DNA of 64,000 nucleotides. Source: Octopus vulgaris (taxonomy: Eukaryota). The stretch lies in contig OX597821.1 in assembly GCA_951406725.2 (NCBI GenBank), positions 79,174,001 through 79,238,000 of the forward strand, written 5' to 3'. The notes under the pieces are model-generated. The model had not been told where the DNA came from, ran no database searches, and worked only from the letters and a program-made list of their open reading frames with translations. Positions 57,323 through 64,000 of the stretch are shown in pieces (position 1 is the first letter of the stretch; each line of letters starts with the position of its first letter). Made by a program: the position numbers and the translations under genes.

Positions 57323-58248
57323 CTGGAACATAAAATTCAAGTAATAAGCAATTGTATAGAACATATATGTGAGAGAATTTGGTTAAACAATTACATGACG
57401 GAAGCTATGGAAATCAGAACGCGATGTTGAATAATACCATAAAGTTCATGGCACCGTTGCTGATATTGATGATGATGATGATGATGATGATGATGAGGAG
57501 GAGGAGGAGGAGGAGGAGGAGGGGGAGGAGGATATTGATGATGATTATAATGGTGGTAATGATGGTTATTATGAGGAAGTGGCGTCGAAATATAATTCTG
57601 ATAATAGATTTGATAGTGGACTTTGTGATAGTGATGGCTACCCTAATGAGATAGAGTAGATTATAGAGTGTGTAGTGATCATCACGAACGTGTTTATGAT
57701 GATGATGATGATAGGGGTGATGCTGCTAATGCTGATTATTCTGTTATTGAAGTGGTTTAGCATGTCTCTGGTGATTCTGAATATGACATTGATGTTGATG
57801 ATGTTAATGTTGGCGATGGTGATGTTTGCGTTGAAGATTCTTCAAGTGATAGCACTATTTTGTGGTAATAAATGATGTTGATGATGAAGAGGCAATGATA
57901 AATTTGATGATGTTTATGAAGGAGATATTTAACAACAAAAATGGGAAGGATGTCGGTGATGACGAATTGGACAAGAAAGTCGACAAATTCCGCGCCAGAT
58001 GTGGTTGCGATTTACATAGTATGGAATTTAGGGGAACAGAAAATCTAGCGACTGATAAATAAGTTATGAAATAAGAAGAAATTGTGAGAGTCAGGGAAAA
58101 AGAAGATAAAAGAGAAAAGAGAGAGGATGAAAGGAACAAGAAGAGGTAGAAGAAGAAGAAGAAGAAGAAGAAGAAGATGAAGAGGAAGATAGTGAAGAAG
58201 AAGAAGTAAGACGATAACGGAGAAGACGAAGAACAACAGCAACAACAC

Positions 58249-58285
<37 letters not shown>

Positions 58286-58579
58286 CATTGTTGTTGTTGT
58301 CATCGTTGATGCTGTTTTGGTTGTAGTAACAGCAAAATCCGTAATTGTAAAGGAAAACACGTTCGAATGTGTAAGTAGATGTAGCATCGTAGGTGAAACA
58401 CAAGATATACGTGCCAACACATTTACATTCACACACTCACAGACACGCATATTTACAGACACTCACGAGCAGTCACATATCTCTATAAAAACACATTGAC
58501 AATGTAGGGAGGTACAAGGATAATGGGACTAATATTAATGGGTAGATTTTGAATATTTATTAGTATATTGTCAACTTAC

Positions 58580-58651
58580 AGAGATTTTAAACTAGGCAGG
58601 TCATGAAAAGCTCTTACTCCAATTTTTTCGATCTTATTATTTTGTAAATCT
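58580..58651 (-). CDS. LRR exon, class A: DLQNNKIEKIGVRAFHDLPSLKS(L)
   Basis: 72 nt, cag/GTAAGT, no stop. Confidence 0.92.
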
Positions 58652-60219
58652 CTGTAAAATAAAATATATTTTCAAAGGTGAAATTCATAGAACTTCTGTA
58701 TAGCATAAAATAATATGTCAAAATGAATACCTGTTCTAAGAAAAAACATGATGATGAATATATTGATGGAGATAATACTGACATTGCTCTAAATGGTGCA
58801 AATATTTGTGAGATTGACAATATTGATTATAGTGATGATTAATCTGAAAGAGTAATCATGAAGATTTGAAAATATAAAACAGTGGTGAAAAATGTATGTG
58901 AAAATTAGGACAACATACAAAAAAGAAAAGAAGATTGAATAATAATTGAAACGAGTAGGTTAATAAAAATATGAGAAGAAAGAGGATGAGTTGACGAAGT
59001 GAAGCAGTAAAAAGAGAAAGAGCAACAGCAAAACGCTGAAGGAGTAGAATTGAGGAGTTTCTTTAAAATACAAATGCTAGATGTGGGATGAAATAAAGAA
59101 GAAACGCAAAACAAAGGATATGAAGAATAAGATGAAAGGTCGAGTAAAGGATGATGATGATGAAAGAGAAGAACAAGAGGAAGAAAGAGAAGACTCAGAA
59201 GAGGAAGAAAGATAAAAAGGAAGAAGAAGAAGAAGAAGAAGAAGAAGAAGAAGAAGAAGAAGAAGAAGAAGAAGAAGAAGAAGAAGAAACTAGCCAGAAG
59301 AAAATCAAGAAGGGGAAGAAGAAGAGCAAGAAGAAGAAATATAGCTGGTGAGAATGATGATGTAACAAAAGAAGGCATAAATTCTGTGGTCAGATTTAAA
59401 GGAGATGAAGACGTAAAAGGAATGAATATTAAATTTGCACGACATGTAAATGTTTGAGACCAGAAGAGACAAATGAAATGGAGATAGAAATTTCAAAGAA
59501 AGTGGAAAACGAATGAACTGGTGATTAAAGCGAAAGATAAATAAGAATAATGAAGACCTAAATACTATTAGAACGGATAATCATTCTTGATAATTATCTT
59601 TGATATTTATACAAACGCACAGACACACACACATACACACATACGCATCCACACACACACACAAACTCACAAAGAAACACACAAGCATATATATGTGTGT
59701 ATATACAAAGACAGAGTGAAGAAGATAAAAAAGAAGCAAAAGGGGATCAAGGAAAAGAAGAAGACGTAGATGAAGACGAAGAAGAAGTAGAAGAAGAAGA
59801 AGAAGCAAAGAAGAAGAAAGAGGAGAAGAAGAAGAAGAAGGAAAAGAAGAAAAAAGAAGAACAATAACAAAAACAAAGACCTTATCTGAGGAAAAGGCTC
59901 TCACATTCACACCTATTAATATACAAAGGGCAGAGCCAGATTTTACACATACACATAGACACACATAACATACACTAGACGGTTCTCATGAACTATCACG
60001 CTCTCATATATCACATAGCTAAAAAATGGGCACACTCTTTCTCCTGTCTCCCCCTCTCTCTCTCTTTCACACACACACACATAGAAACATATTCGCAAAC
60101 AATAAAACACATCTTTGGAAACACAAGTGGGGGAACTTCAAATAAAGCCTAGGAAGAGAGTACAAATTTAGAAATATATTGTTTACGAAATAGTATAAGA
60201 AAGTGGGTTTTTAACTTAC

Positions 60220-60291
60220 AGATTTGTTAAACTGGGCAGATTTCGGAAGGTGTCTGCTTTGATTTCCTTCATATCATTAAAAGTCAAGTTT
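60220..60291 (-). CDS. LRR exon, class B: NLTFNDMKEIKADTFRNLPSLTN(L)
   Basis: 72 nt, cag/GTAAGT; same peptide ends ORF 60216..60419. Confidence 0.92.
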
Positions 60292-61082
60292 CTGGAACAT
60301 AATATTAAGTTAAGAAGGAAGTGTAAAGAATATATTTGTGACAGAATATTGGCGAAACAATTAGATGATGGTTCGGGTGAAATGTATATCGCGATTATGA
60401 TTAATTCCATAAAGTTCATAGCAGCGATGATGATGTTAATGCCGATGATAATAAGGATGATGAAGGGGCGGAGGTGGAGTAGAAAGATTTTGACAGTGTT
60501 AGAATTTATAGTGGACGATATGGTAGTGAGGAATATGTTGATGAGACAGAGGAGAAGAGTATAATGGTTTGTAGGGATGACGACGAAGATGCTGATAGTG
60601 GGGAGATGTTAATTTTGATTATTCCCATAACGACGGGAATTAGCACATCTATGATGATGCTGAATATGATATTGTTTATGGTGTAAGCAGGGATAGTAAC
60701 GTTGGTGATGATGATGATAGTGTTTACGTTTCTGCATCTGATGGCAGTATTTTGTGGTAAAGAATTATGTTGATGAAGAAGGGGACCGTAATGAATTTGT
60801 TTATTCTTGAGAAAGGTAAGAATGAATATGTAAAGGACGACGGCGATGAGGATGTAGATGAGGAGGCCACAGGTTTTGTCGGCAATTTTTGTTGCTGGGA
60901 ATTACATAGGATAGGATCCTGACGAATAGAAAATCAAGAGAATGACAGAGAAAGGAGAAAATAAGAAGAAATATTGAGAAACAGGAAGTGAAATTCACGA
61001 AAGCAGAACAAAAAAGAAACGAGAAAGAATTGGAAGAAGTAGAAGTGAGATAAAATGAAGATAATGATGATAGTGAGGAATG

Positions 61083-61165
<83 letters not shown>

Positions 61166-61376
61166 AAGAAGAAGAAGAAGAAGAAGAAAATGATGGAGTA
61201 GAACATTGAAGATCAACAACAACAACCAGAATATATAGAAGATGTAAAACTCCTAATGATAATCAAAGGAGGTAGAGACCTAAACTAATTCATGATATAC
61301 AGAGTGAACTACACATAGATTTTGATATACTCGCACGCAGATATTCATAAATAAACAGACAGATTTTTACATGCAC

Positions 61377-61477
<101 letters not shown>

Positions 61478-61503
61478 CGTTTTGGGATTTGGTTGCAAGA
61501 TGT

Positions 61504-62423
61504 TGTTACGACCTGCCGTCGCTCAACTAAGACTCAGGACCCTAAGTCGAACGACGACGACTACGCTCAGTCAAATCGGAAATCCACCACAGAAAGCAGG
61601 ACTTGGCAGCGAACGCAAACCAGTAACCAACAACAACAGGAAGAGAGAGACAGCGGAAGGCAGTTGCTTACATTTAACAACAGTTTATACAATATTTACA
61701 ACATCAATTAAAACGTGATACATTTTAGATACATTTAAAGAAAAACATTTAACAGATCGTACAGAGTTAAAAGAAAAACAATCAATGGCATGCACAATGC
61801 AGAATTTGGAAAACAATCCAAATTAAAGTCTTTCTCTTTCTTTTAACACAATGCTCTTTTCCTTTTAGGAACACATCTCACAGTTCTTTTCTTTCTTTTC
61901 CACAGTTCTTTTTACAGAGTCTCTTTTCTTTTAACACACATCAAAATTCAACAACAAAAAGCATAAACAAACATTACCGCACGTTTTCTCGTTCACAAAA
62001 TCCTACTATAAGCAATCTAGCCTTCTCGCTGTCATCTCCTTTACTTCCTCTCGCTTGTCAAGTCCTCACTCCTCTCTGTCTGTCTTTCTTGCCTCGCTGT
62101 TGCCTCTCGCCATCACCGCCTTCTTGGCTGACCGTCTCTTGCCAACTGACTCCTTCTCCGGTTCTTGCTGACTGTCTCTGATCGACCCTCTCTCGCCAAC
62201 TGACCAACTAACCCCAATGCCAGCCGCATTTATAAAGGGTAGCGTTTTAATTTTTTTCTTAAACTTTCCCTGACCGTAGGGATCAAAATGCCACTTCCCA
62301 ACTCATTAACTTTTCCTTACCGGTGACAAGACAAATACCCATTACTTCTTTCTCCAGTCTGTCCGGCTCTAAACCAACGAAATTGGGTCATAGCACTTTC
62401 TCGTCTTTTTGAACTCCGCAACA
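61504..62423 (-). mobile_element. Solo LTR nested in a TA-flanked repeat
   Basis: TGTTACG...CGCAACA termini; homologous to 1799-2891; splits a repeat whose intact reverse-complement copy is at about 4810-4895. Confidence 0.65.
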
Positions 62424-62480
62424 CTACTTTATATGAGTTCGTGTGTTGAAGCATTTTCTGCTGTCTGGGGAGAGTCATTT

Positions 62481-62541
<61 letters not shown>

Positions 62542-62939
62542 CGTTTCAACTAATTTATTTACTTAATTGTCACATACATACATATTTCAAATCTCAAGAA
62601 AGGGTCCTCACTCATATTTACACCCATGAACATACAGGGTGATCCCCCAAAAAACAAACGGAACCCATTATAATTTTATTAAATCCTAAAGAGATAGATT
62701 TCGGCGTGCATAGAAACATGCACATACATGCCCCATATGGTTTCCCTGAATGATCAAAATGTCATATATCTCATATCTACAAAATGGGCACACACTGACA
62801 CCCACAGATTCCCAAACACTAAAACCCATTCTGGGAAAGAAGTGTGAGGGAGCTTCATATGGAGGATGGCTAGATGTTACGGATTTAGAAATATATCGTC
62901 GATGAAATATATCCTATAAAAAGAAATTATTCTACTTAC

Positions 62940-63011
62940 AGTGTGTGTAAACTGGACAGATTTCGGAAGATATCGGCTTTGATTGCTGTAATATCATTTG
63001 AACTTAAATTC
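62940..63011 (-). CDS. LRR exon, class C: NLSSNDITAIKADIFRNLSSLHT(L)
   Basis: 72 nt, cag/GTAAGT, phase 2-2, no stop. Confidence 0.92.
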
Positions 63012-63620
63012 CTGGAACATAAAATTGAGTTAATATGTAATTGTATAGAACTTATGTGTAACCGAATTTGGCAAAGCAATTAAATGATGGAATCGATGGA
63101 AATCAGAACACGATGATGATTAATTACATAAAATTCATGGCACTGATGATGATGTTGATGATGATGAGGAGGAGGGGGAGGGGGAGGAAGAAGGGGAGAC
63201 ACAGCTTATGCAGAATTGTGATAGTAGAGTCGATTATAGATTGTGTGGTAGTGATGAGCGTGGTAATGAGACAGAGGAGAAGTGTCTAAGGTCTGTTGTG
63301 GTGATAACAAAGCGTTTATGTAGATTGATTATTCTGATAATGATGGGTTTAGCCTATCTATGGGGATTATGAACATGACATTGAAGATGATTATCTTAAT
63401 ATCGGTGATGATGATGGTTGTGTTGAAGATACTTCATGTGATGGCAGCATTTTGTGGTAATGAATGATATTGATGAGGAGGAGGACAATGATGAATTTGA
63501 CGATATTTATGAACGAGATATTTAACAACAAAAATTAGGAGGATGTCGCTGATGAGAACATGGACGAGAACGTCGACAATTTCCGCGTCACATGTGGTTG
63601 CGGTGTACATAGTATGGATT

Positions 63621-63680
<60 letters not shown>

Positions 63681-64000
63681 ACAGTAGTTATTGTGGTGGT
63701 GGTGTGGTGGTGGTGGTGTTGGTAGTAAAAATATCCGTAGTTGTAAAGGAAGTGACGTTCGAGTGTATAAGAAGATTTAGCAGGGCGGGTAGAACACGAA
63801 ATGTTATACATGCCAGCACATATTCAGATTCACAGACTCACAGACTCATATTTACAGACACTCACAATTACATATTTCTATCAAAACACATTAGGAATGT
63901 AAGGAGGAACAAATATATGGTGCGAATATTAATGGGAATATTTTGAATATTTATTAGTATATTGTCAATGCAATTTTATCAACAAGATTTATCCAACTTA

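Overview
AT-rich, microsatellite-dense animal genomic DNA. The SINE and Penelope content looks cephalopod (Octopus-like); this is inference. Almost all entries in the supplied ORF track are low-complexity artefacts. The real coding signal is on the minus strand: 24 exons of exactly 72 nt, with a 25th donor site at the window edge. Each is bounded by AG/GT, is phase 2-2, has no stop codon and encodes one 24-aa extracellular-type leucine-rich repeat. From 17.6 to 63 kb the exons fall into three sequence classes in a strict A-B-C order repeated six times, with paralogous introns and one transposon fossil shared by all six units. Towards the gene 3' end (low coordinates) the pattern breaks into doublets with apparent exon-loss junctions. 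No start, cap, transmembrane or terminal exon is recognisable, so the gene cannot be named. The introns hold two decayed Penelope-like elements, mariner/Tc1 relics, Helitron-like elements, solo LTRs, SINEs, LINE 3' fragments, foldbacks and several type I hammerhead ribozyme motifs. One ~530-bp tandem repeat carries a canonical hammerhead in each unit (retrozyme-like).
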